NCBI GenBank assembly: GCA_000708835.1
Contig: DF237227.1
Span: forward strand, 49,802 to 113,801
DNA: 64,000 nucleotides
Reading direction: 5' to 3'
Source: Klebsormidium nitens
Lineage: Eukaryota; Plantae; Klebsormidiophyceae
Position 1 is the first letter of the stretch, and every line of letters begins with the position of its first letter. Below the pieces are notes generated by a model. It did not search any database and was not told the origin of the DNA. It was given only the letters and a program-made list of their open reading frames with translations. Position numbers and translations under genes: made by a program. This document shows, piece by piece, positions 39,747-52,595 of the stretch.

Positions 39747-42700
39747 ATGGCGCCCACTGCCCAGAAGAACAAGTCGCACAAGGCGCGCTTCGCCTCCAAG
39801 GGCCAGCGCCACAAGCACAAGGTCGCCAAGGAGACCGTTGCCACCGGAGCGTCCGCCGTCCACCGGTCGGGGAAGAGCTCCAATGTGAACCGGGCGCAGC
39901 GGTTGCAGCAGGCAAAAAATGCGAGGGATCACCGCAGGGCGGACGCTCTGCTGGAGAAGCGGACGGGGGGCGGGTCCGGCGGCGCGCCTAAGCTGATTGT
40001 GAGTGGTGTAGTCTATGGAGGTTTGAAAGATGATTATGAACTTTGGCGCTGAAGTTTGTACTCTGCAGCTTTTGCTGCCGGGAATCAGAGGGGCGGGCGC
40101 TGCATGGCAACGGTTTCGTTGTCGGTGGTAAAGGTGTTGGCCCAGTGGCGCCGTGCATGAAACCGCAACATTTTGAGGCCAGAGGTAGACTGGCAAGGTC
40201 TTGTTTGTGAGGATGGCGTCTGATGTTTTTCTTTCTGTTTCTGTCATAAGGTGGAGTTTCGTGGGATCTTGCACGGGGTTTGCTTTGGTGGCATTAGTGG
40301 GTGCCTTTTCCGCGACGCAGCATATCGATGTTTAGAAGTGGGCACCATTTCATTGCTGAGGAGCGCACTTGAGAGGCCACATTTTGCTGGCAAATTTGTT
40401 TCTTCATAGTCATTATCTTTAACTCAGGGTTTAGGGTTTGAAACCCTAATGTTGTGGCCATGTGAATGAGAATCGCGAGGGTGCCGATAGTTGCCATACT
40501 GTATGCAGCTTTTGACTGATGGAGGCGCGGTTGAATATGGTCATTTTGATGGTGGTGCTTTGTCCGAGCTCTGTAGCATCGCTCGCTGCGCACATTCATG
40601 AGATTAATGCTGCTCTGCTGCTGCTCCGTCTTGTCCACACCACCTCCCATCGCCGCAATCAATTGAATGTTCCAACTACTATTGCTTTCGTTTACACCGC
40701 TGTCATTAGCTCTGAGAGTGAGTCAAGCCTGTAGTCCTCAGCAGAGTCTGTAGGGCCAGGCAACTTTTTGATCCCGGGTGCTCGAAACAAGAGCCCAGGG
40801 TTCTCTTGCAAGTTAGGAAGCTTCTTTCCAGTGAGCTTTCTTTCCTGTTCAGGAAGAGGTCGAGCTCATTTTTAGGATTTCAGAAAGACCCCTTGACTCA
40901 CACCCGCTTTGATCCAGTCCTTGAGCCCAACGCCTTGCACCAATCCAATGCCCCCTTTCTGCAGGTGCTTGTCTCGCTATCCGGCTCAGTAAACGTCTCC
41001 GCAATCAAGAAGGCCCTTATCCAGGGGGCCACAGAGAGGGTCGCCGGAGCGCCCCCGAAGCAGGACGATGCAATGGAAGGAGTTCAGTCGGAGGGCGCGG
41101 AAATGGGCGTCGAGGGGGCAATCAAGGGAGTGGGCGGTCAAATGACGGTCTCCCTGCACAAGCACAAAGCGCGGATCTCGGTTGTGGAGGCGCCGGGAGA
41201 TATTCTGGGTTGTCTGGAAGCTGCAAAGGTGAGGCTTGAATTGCAGCGAGGTGATTCCGGTTGCACTAGACCACGGTGTGGTTCATCTGGAGAGTAGTGA
41301 GGACCAGATCGAGTCGACCTTTTTGACTCCTTTGTTCGCAATCAAATTTTCTGGGGGGATTTATGTGATGCTCAAACATAAGTCGGACCGCGATAATCGC
41401 GACTCGGCAGTGCGGGCATTCGTGGGGACGAGCTGATTGCGATTGTGCATGACAAAGAAACTGAGGCGGCAGAGGATCCGTTACGCTAGTTGAAGAGATT
41501 GTTGAGAGTACTTATCTTGTCAAGCGATCCGTGTGAATAGGTGTACTTTTGGGGTGGTATCTGTACTGGAGTCTGGCCATATCGACTCACTTCTTGAATC
41601 GTGGCGAGTCTTTCGACACACGCTCCGATCTGGTAAATCCAACCACTTGCTTTGACAGGTGGCAGATATTGTGGCGTTTGTGACGCCAGCAGAGGGTGCT
41701 CACATCGACGAGCAGGGCCGGGAGCTCCTTACTGTACTTCGAGCGCTCGGCCTCCCGGCTACCACTGGATTTATCCAGGTGGGTGTCTTTCTACCCGAGG
41801 GAACTGATCCGCTGAGAAGGGCCGGCAGAGAACTACATCCTTCTGCCAACTTTCGCGACTTAAACGAAATATCTACCCAGTAATTGAGGACACTGTGTTG
41901 TTGCGGAACGGGGTTTGCAGCCTGTTTTAATACTATCAAATTGCAAAGCATGTGTATCGAGTTTCAAAACTTTGAATGGTCGACTCGCAGAATCTGACGA
42001 ACGCTCCCGGAAGAGCTGGTCCCTTTAGAGCTGCAATTCCTTTTCCAACAATACCACACTGCTCGGACGACTCTCTGACCTGCATCCAGGAGCCGTCTGC
42101 GAATGACGAGTTAAAGGGGTTGATGCATATTATGAAGCGGCAGCGAACATGTTTCTTCCGTTGACGCCTGAGTTTGAAGGGGCATTCTGGAGGGTCGAGA
42201 CGAGGCGGATGTGGGTTATAGCAGCGGGCTGCTTCATTTACATGTTGGCCTAATTCAGTAAAAGGGCCGGGTTTACTAAGCTAACCACCCTTGGACGGGT
42301 GGGGTTTGTTTGGGGGTTTAGAGTGGGTTCGGTGCGGAGCAGATAAATTGTTGGGTTAGTTTGGAGCTTCTCGTACCTGGCTCTTACTATACCAAAACTA
42401 AGCCGTATTCTGTTTACAGGGTCTTGATAGTGTACCCTTGAAGCGGCGCGGCGAGGCCAAGAAGGCGGCAGTTGCGGCGCTCCAGGGGCAACTAGGGGTG
42501 GACCTCAAAGTGCACGCTGCAGACACGCCAGAGGACTTCACGCAGGTGAGGCTGACTGCTGCTCTGCCTAGAGGGCAACGTTTCAACGGGAAGTTCGCAA
42601 GTTTGGGACAGCGCTTTTTGCTTTTTGCTTTTTGCTTTTGCTTATCGGTTTTCGCTTTTGTTTCTGCTTTTTGAGGCAACTGGGTCAAGAGCTTTTGTTG

Positions 42701-45700
42701 ATCATGGCACTGCCTCAGGAGAAGAGTCCGGTCTTTGTGCTGCACTTTTTCCTGTCCTCCTGTTCACTTCGACGGTTGAAACAGATTGTTGGCGGCTTTG
42801 GAATCCCCTCTTAGCGTTCTTCAAGGTCTTTTCTCCATTTTCTCTAGCCTCTCGAGAGTGCACTTTTGGAGATGCCCCCTACAAAAATTTCCGTTGGTAT
42901 TCTAGTCTCGGCAAATTGTCTGATCTCTAATGCAGTGAAATGCCACACCGGCTTGAGACATTACCGTTTGGATTACAATCAGCGGCCAGTAAGAAAGCTG
43001 CAGGGGCCTTCTCTGATTACGGGCATCGTCTCCCTTTGGCTGACATCTGATCGGCTGACGGGTTTGCATTGTGCTTCCAGCTGCTACGCCACCTGTCCGA
43101 GCTCCGCCTCTCTCCCCCCGTCTGGCGCAACCAACGGCCGTACGTGGTCGTCGAAAAGCTCGCCTTCCGGCCGTCCGATGTCCCATCCGACGGCCCAGAT
43201 ACGTCCGGCGGAACGTTACTCGTCTCCGGTTACCTCCGTGCCCGCTCGCTACGACCGGGACAGCTTGTCCACGTGGCAGGACTGGGCGACTGCCAGCTGG
43301 CGCAAATCGACGGCCCGGAAGATCCTTGTCCGGTAGGGCAGCATAGAAACAAGGCGGGGGGGGCGATGGACGTGGAAAATGGGGGAGGCGAAGCGAGGGT
43401 TTTGGGGGTGGCGGGGCCGGGCGATCTGGAGCCGTTCATCACGGAAAACGATCCGGATCCGACGGCCGGGGAGCAGACTTGGCCGACGGAAGAGGAGTTA
43501 GCGAGTGCGGAGCAAGAAAGGCAGCAAAGGATGGCGGCGAAGAAGCACAAACGAAAAGTCGCAAAAGGAACGTCGGAATATCAGGTGCGTCCAAAATACT
43601 GTTGCCCAGTCATAACTAAAGCATCAGAAGGGCGTCTTCACTCATGTTTGGAAAGTATATGAGAATCTTAATCAAATTCACGCGGAATTCTGGTTGTAGC
43701 AAAAGAAAAGATTGCTCACTAAGGAAGAAATTGTCAAAGGCTGCTCGGATTGTTGATGAGAGCAAGGGGGGAGACTACGGCAGAATGCGGACAGGCGCAC
43801 TGCCGGAAAAAGCCAATGCTTTGCCGGGCAAGCAGCTTCGTTGTCGCGAGTATCCAGCCTAAGTAAGTGCTTGGTTGCGTTTTCGACCGCTGGCCGCTTG
43901 GAATATCGACGAGAGCGAGGGAGGAGGAAGACGAAGATGCTGACGAGGCAGAGGACAAATGCAATTGTCGCCTCTGCCCAAGATCAAGCACTTCTCATCT
44001 CATTGCATTTTCCAAGCGAGGACTCCTCTTGACGCTTTCTTCTCGGCCGCTTGGATTGTGAATGAGAGCGAGGGTGACGCGAACGAAGAAGCTGACCTGG
44101 CCAACAGACGCATTCAACAGTTGCTGTGAATCGGAATATGACCGTTGAGCAACGGCCTCTTTCTTTCCATTATTGAGACTTTTGTGACGTAAGCACTGTT
44201 CGTTTTCCAGGCCGCTTGGATCGTCGACGAGAGCGAAGGGGAGGAGGATGACGACGATGCTGACGTGGCCGACAAAGGGGAGGACGCGGCGATGGCGGAG
44301 GCGGGGCCCAGCGATGGCGGGTCCGACGCAGAAGATGACGTCAGCGAGGACGAGGCGGGGCGGGGCACGACATCAGGGCGCACGAGCGAGACGTGGCTGG
44401 GTGAGCAATCTGTCCTTCTGCTGTTCGATATTGAAAAAGGAATCTCTCTGAATCTATAAGGGAGGAACGCGACAATAAGAGGACGAGCGAGGGCTTGACA
44501 GCGCGAGGAGGAGCAGCATCTGGTGAAAGAAGCGACGTGCAGTGACGTCACCCTGATCATGATCTGATCAAGCATCAGCATGAACGGATGCCTTTTTTCG
44601 AGTGAACTGCTTAGATATACAGCAGAGGTATGGGACGGTGTGAGCTATAACGGAGGCCCGACGGCGCGCCAGCGCAAGGAGGAGCGACGGCCGCTGAAAC
44701 AAGCAGTGCCGAGGGACTCGCAAAGTAATCATGCTCCTCAATCAACCTTCTTGATTTATGTTCTCAGCACGGCGTTCCTTCTTCACAGGCGATGACGGTG
44801 ACGTCGTCGGCAAGGATAGGGGTCTGACCGTTCCTGAATGCGAGGAGGAGCGTTGGCGTCTGAAAGAGGCAGCCCGGGGCGACGAAGAGAGCCCTCGAAC
44901 CACTTACGTTTCTTTATCGCTTATCTAGACTTGAAAGACACACGTTTTGAGTTTGAGTGTCCCATCTTCAGAGGGGAGGAAGAGGACGACATGAGCGCGG
45001 ACGAGGGCTGACTGCTCCGCAACGTGAAGAAGAGCGGTGGCACTTACAAGAAGTTGTCGGTAATTTCAGGAACCTTGAGATGGACACCCTCTTTCATCGG
45101 CAACGTTTGTGAATGTTGAGTCCGAAGCTCTCATTTCACAGGCGAGAAAGGGGACGACATGAGCGAGGAGAAGGGCCTGCCGGCGCGGCTGCGTGAGGAG
45201 GAGCGGCGGCGGCTGAAAAGAAGAAGTGCGGGGCAACGAAGAAGCCTCAATCCGATCACGTAGTCTTTTGAAAATGACACACGCCCTGAGTATGAACATC
45301 TCATGTTCACAGGCGAGGAAGAAGAGAACGACATGAACGAAGACGAGGCCTGACGGCAGGGCAGCAAGAAGAAGAACGGCGCGGCTGAAAAGGAATTGTG
45401 GGGCAACGAAGAAGTCTTAATCCGATCACGCAGTCTTTCAAGATGACACACGCCCTGAGTATGAACAATTCGTGTTCACAGGCAGGGAAGTGGAGGGGTT
45501 GACCGCGAGCGAACGCCCGGAGGAGCGCCGGCTGTTAAAAGCAGCGCGGGGCACCGAAGGATGCCTCGAACCGATTACGCTTCTTAATCGCTTAAGCATC
45601 TTCGAATGACACACGTTCTGAGCCTAACGTTTCTTACTTCACAGGTGAGGAGGACGATGACATGAGCGAGGATGAGGGCCTGACGGCGCGGCAGCGCGAG

Positions 45701-48700
45701 GAAGAACGGCGGCGGCTGAAAGAGGCGGCGCAGGGCGACGAGGAGTTCCCGGACGAAGTGGACACGCCGATGGACGTGCCGGCGCGGCAGCGCTTCGCCA
45801 AGTACCGGGGACTCAAGAGCTTCCGGACCAGCCCCTGGGATCCCAAGGTGCGGCCGGGAAGCTTTAGGGGTTCCGACGTGTTTATTGAGTAGGGTTGGTT
45901 AAGCGGTGATTAAGTACTAGGGACTCAAGAGCTTCCGCACCAGCCCATGCGATTTCAAGGCGCGGTTGGAGATCCTCTAGGGGTTTAGAAGGTTCCGTTT
46001 AGTAGGGTTGGCTGAGAATCGCTCATTCGTTGCTGCCCAGAGCGTTTGCGGGTTCGGTGGGAGAGCGTACGCTCGCGCAGCTTGGTTCCTCGTTTCATAT
46101 TTGCGCTGTGCACTATCCTGCGGATGTCCCCCCCTCTTTCATCAAGTATTTGCCGGCTCTCCTCTCCTGCATTCAAATGCCAAATGTAAGGGTGCCTGAC
46201 ATTTTCAACCATCGAAACTTACCAATGCGGACAATGCTTAGACCTTTGTCTCAAGCCGCGGGCCCCAATCCTCACCTCCCTTGACCTGGCTTTCTCCTTT
46301 TTGCGCCTCTCCTTTCCTTCTTCATTCTTGTTGCGCCTCTCCTTTCTCTTCATTCTTGGTAGTTCAGGCTGCCCCCAATAGAAGGAGCCGTCTTGGAAGC
46401 CAACAAACCGGACTTCGACGATTGCTTCCTGCATTCATGTTCTGTGGCCAATCGTCTAATTTCCGTTTCCCCGCTTTTCGCAGGAGAGCCTCCCGCGCGA
46501 GTATGCGCGCATTTTCGCGTTCGACAACTTCCGGCGCACGCAGAAAGTGGTCCTCGCGCAACAGGTCAAAACGGACCGGGAGTCGCTCATCGTTCCGGGA
46601 ATGTACGTCCGGCTGCACCTCCTGATCCGGCCGGAGCAGCGGATTCCGGCGGAAGAGCTCGTCAGGCGGGCGGAAAGCGGAGCGGCGGGGCTGGTGACGG
46701 CCATCGGGCTGCTGCAGCACGAGACCAAGATGTCGGTCGTGCATTACAGGTGGGTTTGGGAAGGGTTTGCATCAAAACCCTGTAGTTTACTGGTTGATGC
46801 CGCCCTGAGCGGCCTTTTTTATATTTGGATCTACGTGGTAAAGACGGGCACTTATCAAAGGCCTGTGGCTTCAAGGTTCTGTGCAGTGGTTGTTTGCCAG
46901 TATCGGTCAAGAACTGGTCAAGAACGGAAATCCGAATTTGTATGAAAATTGCAGACTCCCAAGATCAGGACGGACGTGTCTGCTGGATCGGAAGTGCGGC
47001 ACTCTCCTGTCTGGTTGTCAAACGCAAATCTTAATCATATCAAAGACATCTCGCGAGTGTCTCCTATTGGATGGGACGCTGACTCGGTGTGTTCTTTGCG
47101 GGTGCAGCATAAGGAAGAGCGACGCATACACGGAGCCCGTCAAGTCCAAGTCGGAGCTCCTCTTCTACACCGGCCTCAGAAGTTTCAAAACTAGGTGAGA
47201 TTGCTCTCTTCCGCCGCCGTCAGATACTGCGATTTCCTCGATATGCATGTATGCATAATCAGTGTCGTCAGCCTTTTATTTTTCCGCTGGACTGCTGGTC
47301 GATGCGCGGCGCTTTGTTGTCTTCACTGAACTCGATGTTGGAACGGAGCCAAACAATGGACTAGAGGGATGGATGGGTAATTCTACACACTGGTCCAACT
47401 TTCTTGGGAACGATTGCTGACTGAAGCCCGTATATGGCGATCTCGCCAAGCGGAACGTTGAATCAGTAAGGAAAGCAAGATTTTCTGAACACACGGAATG
47501 AACCCTTGCAGGCCCGGATCTTTTGACATGACAAGCTGTACCTGTTTGTCAAGCGCCGCGAATTTAAGCAACAAAAGTACCACGTAGCAAAACTTTGGCT
47601 AGAAAGCAGGGCATGTGTTAGGTTCGTTTGCCAAATTCCGGATACGAATATCAAACACGGACCGACGAGAAAAGATAGCGTTGGAGCCATATTGAACAAA
47701 GGGCCGATCTTCGCAGGCCGCTCTTTTCGACGGACGACATGCAGATGGACAAGCATAAGTTCGAGCGCTTCCTGCACCCCGGGCGCTTCTCCGTCGCTAC
47801 CGTCTTCGCCCCGATCGCATTCCCACCGCTGCCGCTGCTGGTGTTCAAGGAGGGTGTGAACGGGCCGGAGCTGGTGGCCACGGGGGCGCAGCGCGAGGTC
47901 GACCCGGACAGGGTCATCCTGAAGAAGATTGTGCTCTCAGGGTGAGCCAGGCCGTTTTCCGCCGTTCCGCTTTCCGTCAGTTGCATCTCCGCTTTTCCGA
48001 ATGTGCTGTCCGGTTCCCGGTTCCGCGTGTCTGTTCCTTGTTTTCCGTACCTGTCTCCACTTTCTTGTTTCTTTTATCGGTGCCCCATTTTCTTGTCTCC
48101 ATTTTCGGTGCCCCATTCTCTTGTCTCCCCAAAGGATAGTGCTCTCGGGTTGAGCCGGGCCGTTTGCCGCCTTTCCGCTTTCCGTTTTCCAACGTTTCGC
48201 TCCGTGTCTCTGTTGCACCTTTGCCGCTTACCTTCCCTTTGTGCCCTTGCCTCCTTCATCTTTTCGCCTTTCTTCGGCTGCCCATGTCTCTGGCTCCCTT
48301 GAGAAACTCTTGCTCTCGTGGTGAGGCGCTCGGCTTGCTACCCATTCCGGAAACCGTTGCCCGGCGTCCCGTTTCGCGTCTTCTCGTTTCTCTTTCCGTA
48401 AGTTTCTACCCTGGGGATCGCTTCCCCGCAGGTACCCTCACCGCGTGCACAAGCGCAAGGCCGTTGTCCGCTTCATGGTCTTCACACACAAGTTTCTAAT
48501 CTACCCAAGTGACCAACGCGAAGAATCTGATAACCATTTGAACATGTTTCTGACCTCTAACATTCATGGCCGCAGGTACCCTTACTGCGTGCACAAACGT
48601 AAGGCGGTCGTCCGGTTTATGTCCTTAAACCGGCTGAGTTTCTAAACCAGTCGAATAGAAGACTTACAGCCCGAAATAAGTACTCAAACTACCCGGTTAA

Positions 48701-49685
48701 GTTTCTCAAGTACCCGAATAACTTTTTGATATGCGCCCGCAGGTACCCATACCGCGTGCACAAGCGTAAGGCTGTCGTCCGGTTCATGTTCTTCAATCCG
48801 GAGGACGTCCGGTGGTTCAAGCCGCTGGAGCTGTGGACCAAGTACGGCCGGCGCGGCCGCATCAAGGAGCCCGTCGGGACGCACGGTAAGCCTAACCATG
48901 GTGACAAATCCTAAGCGTCGAAACCTGCAACCCTCGACCATGAACAGCAAATCTGAATCGAAACAGGGGCCGCGCCCACTTAAAGGAGCCCGTCAGGACG
49001 CACGGTAAAATCAACCTTCGCCATGTTGACAGATTTTAGACGCTGAGACTAAATTCTAAACATCGCCTTGCCAACCTCATAACCAGGTAAAGTAGGTTGA
49101 AGTACCATCTCTCTTTGAACTGCACTTATAAAACTAAGTAATGCACTCCGAACCTCTACCTAAAACCAGGAAGAGCATGGTCACAAAGCGTGATCTGTGA
49201 GAGTACGAAAAAGAGGCCAAGCATTGGCGATTCCAATACGCGGATGGACGGTCTGTAGTGCTTTTGTATCAGCCCAAGGTTATTAGCGTTGGCAGGAAGC
49301 TGCTTGGATGATATCATCCTCACGCCCCTCATTTCGCGTTTCAAAATGTCCTCTTCTTTACGTCGGAGTCTTTGTCACTTGACAGGGGATGTTCCATAAA
49401 GAAGGTTCGAAGGCCTCGAGCAAAGCTCTTTCACACGTCTCTTGAAGCCGATTGGTCGCACACGATACTTGAAGGATCTCGGTTGTAACTTGTTGGTGTC
49501 ACAAATCTCTTCAAGCTGTGTTGACGCGCTTTTCTAAGAGACTGTTGTCACGAGTTGACAGTTCATCGTTTTCTGCAGGTTCGATGAAGTGCGTCTTCGA
49601 GGGCGTGGTTCAGCAAAGGGACGCCGTCTGTGCGACGCTGTATAAGCGAGTGTACCCTAGGTGGCCCGAGACAGAAGCGCTCTGA
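39747..49685 (+). CDS. TSR1: Pre-rRNA-processing / 40S biogenesis factor TSR1 (Bms1-type inactive G domain). Exons 39747-39998, 40965-41228, 41659-41778, 42420-42545, 43081-43584, 44211-44400, 45645-45847, 46484-46749, 47108-47194, 47717-47941, 48743-48885, 49579-49685
   Basis: [11 protein letters not shown]; WRNQRPYV; [35 protein letters not shown]|[16 protein letters not shown]; [13 protein letters not shown]; [48 protein letters not shown]|SMKCVF...LYKRVYPRW. All joins are GT-AG and in frame. Confidence 0.96.
42277..42390. mobile_element. Decayed inverted copy of the core of the 5609-5800 element, in TSR1 intron 3
   Basis: taagctaaccacccttggacgggtggggtttgtttgggggtttagagtgggttcggtgcggagc aligns by eye to the reverse complement of about 5680-5765 (taagataggcacccgggggacgggtggggttggtatggtggttagggtgggttggggtgcggagc). 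TIRs not recognisable. Confidence 0.55.
43870..44110 (+). repeat. Two decayed acceptor-side echoes of TSR1 exon 44211
   Basis: gccgcttggaatatcgacgagagcgaggg (43893) and gccgcttggattgtgaatgagagcgaggg (44046) vs live gccgcttggatcgtcgacgagagcgaaggg. Confidence 0.8.
44460..45644 (+). repeat. Five clear and about two decayed acceptor-side echoes of TSR1 exon 45645 (period about 165-180 bp)
   Basis: ttcacag|g(c/t)gagg...gacatgagcgag...ggcctgacggcgcggcagcg...gagcggcggcggctgaaa at 45482, 45313, 45142, 44972, 44789. Confidence 0.9.
48120..49015 (+). repeat. Echo cluster around TSR1 exons 10-11: donor echo about 48149, acceptor echoes 48432 and 48576, donor echo 49004
   Basis: ccgcag|gtaccc...cgtgcacaa(g/a)cg.aaggc.gt.gtccg occurs three times; aaggagcccgtcaggacgcacg|gtaaaa echoes the live donor at 48885. 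Confidence 0.9.
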
Positions 49686-51650
49686 GCGTGACACGTGCCT
49701 CCGTTCTGACCGTCAACCAATCGAATTCTCGAAATCAACGATTCTAGGGGGGAGAGCCAGATTCTCGGATATGCACCCAGTACTGTGACGGCGTGTGTCA
49801 TGGTGCCGTGCATGTGATTCTATGTGTCAGTCCAACCCGATCCGTGTCCATCTTACGGAAGCAACATGCAAGGTCTTGGCATGCAAGAATCCTGAACCCC
49901 ACGACCGTGACGGAGAAATCATCCTTGAAGAAATATGCCGCCATCGTTATTTTCCTTCTAGCTTGTGATGTTGCATGCCATGAGCTGCGGCCTGACACCA
50001 TTGATCTTATGTTGGGTCTTAGTTTCAAGCCTAGCATGCAGTTGCAGCTTGATTGTAATGATTACAGAACCAATGGTCGCGTGCCACAAACCACGCACGG
50101 CAGCGGCTGATGCACTGGCAGGTCGGGTCGCTCCTTGTCTTCATAATACATGGCATGCGTGAGCAATGATGTCCCGGGGGTTCATTTGTGCGCTACTACA
50201 TGACGATCCCTGCAAAGGAGTTGCGAGGATTGCGCATTTAAGGCCATTGGTACGTTGCAAGCTAGCAGGCTAGAGACACTCATGCATGCAATGTGCTGCT
50301 CAGTGTATCGTAAGGTTGCTCTGTATACGGTGCATATCATTCAAAGCTCCAAACGCATAAAAGGTAGACTTACTGGCCTGCTACTGTTAGCAGGCTTGCC
50401 TTTCTGAAGTTTGTTTGCGAGCAGGTCGAGGATCCGAATCGGGTTCATGCCCGCGAGTTTGCGCTCGCGCCGCAAACCGGGCGACCGCCGACCGGACGAT
50501 TCAAGTTACCAAATATCGAGTGGTCACGCGCGCGCGCGTACACCGATTTTAAGATTTGGAAGTCTGTCGGCGCAACTCATTCAAGCGGCGGTTAAAAAGA
50601 GTAGACTGCTGTAGAGGCTAAAGTTCAATCATCAGCTCTATACTAGCGTGCCGGCCGCGGCCGCCTAGCAAGGCCAGGCCTGAAAGGGGCCAGGCTGAAT
50701 TCCGAGTCTATTTGTGAGTGGCGGTGACCTCAGTTGGAAGCACTTTTGCAGGCTGATGTCAACAGCAATCGGGAGCCTGACGTCACCACCGGTCACTGCC
50801 GGCCGGCGCGTCTGTCTCACCACAGTTGCATGATTCCATCACTGCCCCATGTATGACAATCAGCCAGATTCCCTGCGCATCAAGAGTGTTGGTCGTGTGC
50901 GGTACGGTCGACACCACTCTTGTTAGTTCGAACCAGTCTTGACGAGTCTTTAATGCTTGTGAACAGATCTGCTCACGCGTATATCACAGTGGAGGAACGT
51001 GATAGTGCCACGCCCTACCAAATGAAAAGTGGCTAAGGCCCTTGCAAACTGTTGTGGCCTTGTGGGCCTAATTACATTCATGAATTTAAAGCCGACCAGC
51101 GTACTGCGCACTCAGCGAAATGCTGAGGCATTAGGCAATGCGGGCATTGCACTTTGGCCTGTCGGTGTGATGGAACTATGACAGGCACTCAACCCCGGCA
51201 CATTCACACACAATGCCCTGGTCTCTGTCGATTAAGGGTCTGGCCGAACAATGCTGCCAGAATTAAAGGATTGGGGCGCCAGATAAGTCCCAAGCAGGGC
51301 GTGTGGAGTCGTTTTGCGATTGGATTGTAAATGCCGAGCAAATCTGGGGCGATGCGCTGGTGGCTTTCTCACCCGTAACATAGTCGAAACAGAACCTGGT
51401 GCAAATAAGGTGAGCCCAAGCCTCGGGACCGGGATTGGGAGTGAAGAAGTTGCGGCAGTATCTACTTCGCATTCTCTGAAATGGCGTGCAATGCTGCGAT
51501 CCCAAGCGACTGAAGAACAAACTGAGGTTTCCCAGACTTCCGCCCATTATCATTTGAGGTGCCCAGCAACCTTGAGAGAGCGCAATGCTGGAAACTGAGC
51601 GACGGGGAAAGAAGACGACTTTGTCGGGATCACCTCCAGTTGTTGAATTT

Positions 51651-51752
51651 ACCTGCAATGCTGCTTTCTCAGCGGTGTGAAGAATAACCTGCAATGCTGC
51701 TTTCTCAGCGGTGTGAAGAATAACCTGCAATGCTGCTTTCTCAGCGGTGTGA
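51651..51752. repeat. Perfect 36-bp tandem repeat, about 2.8 copies (acctgcaatgctgctttctcagcggtgtgaagaata)
   Basis: Units start at 51651, 51687, 51723, with no spacers. Confidence 0.95.
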
Positions 51753-52595
51753 TCACAATATAGGGTATCTAACTCTGTCTGGCTGCCACTCTGCTTTGGG
51801 GGATGATTACAGATTGCTCGTGTCGAGAATATTTTGGGGGATATGGACCTCAGTTCCGCCTCGTAAGAGAAGCTGGTTCTGTTTGGAAATAAGAGAAAGC
51901 AACGGCCGAAAGTCACGGACTAGTCCAATATGACAAAGCCAGATAATGGTAAACACACAAACCAGCCAAGCTGTGAGCTTTCACCCACTTCGTGAAAGCA
52001 TCAACATTGGAGTGGTAGCACCTATGTGGACTGTTCGAAGGCGAATTCAAAAATTGTGCGGTCCCTATGCCCGTTTTGACAGTCAATTCGGCTGGGCCTG
52101 CCGATGAGGGCAGATATAGATTGAGAAGTTGGCGGCTTTAGATGGAAACCAGCTTGCGAGTTGGGCAGTCTCGTCCAATTCAGCAAGATAAAGGTCTCAT
52201 CCTGGCTTCGTCTGCAGTTGAAGCAAAGGCTTAGAATTTACAAGAAAGGGGCAAGGGTGAAGGGGACGGTTGCCATGGGTCTAAAAGGCGCACGCGAGGT
52301 GAGCTCTCTAGGTATCTCTCGCAGGAACACGAGCGTATTAGTGTGGAGATCGATTCAAGGTCCAGTCCTCAAGAGAATGACATGCAACTGGAATGTTTCG
52401 AAAGGCGAAGATCTGGCAGGCTACAATAAGCCGGAGAACTGACTGATACAACTTCAAAAATGCACTCGAGTTTGATATAACATCAGCAATTCGAAGTGCG
52501 CTCAATTTTGACCATCTTCAAGATGCAAGTAACCAGATACGCGAGAGTCGGCATACACGTCGAGCAGTTCTGCTGAAGTTTGCGAGATATCTTCA

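Noticed and set aside
51590-51650. GGDPDKV as a carboxylesterase fragment
   Set aside because: The following GxSAG nucleophile motif is missing and nothing else matches; likely chance.
51651-51752. 36-bp repeats as a CRISPR array
   Set aside because: The units are contiguous with no spacers, the context is eukaryotic, and there are no cas genes.
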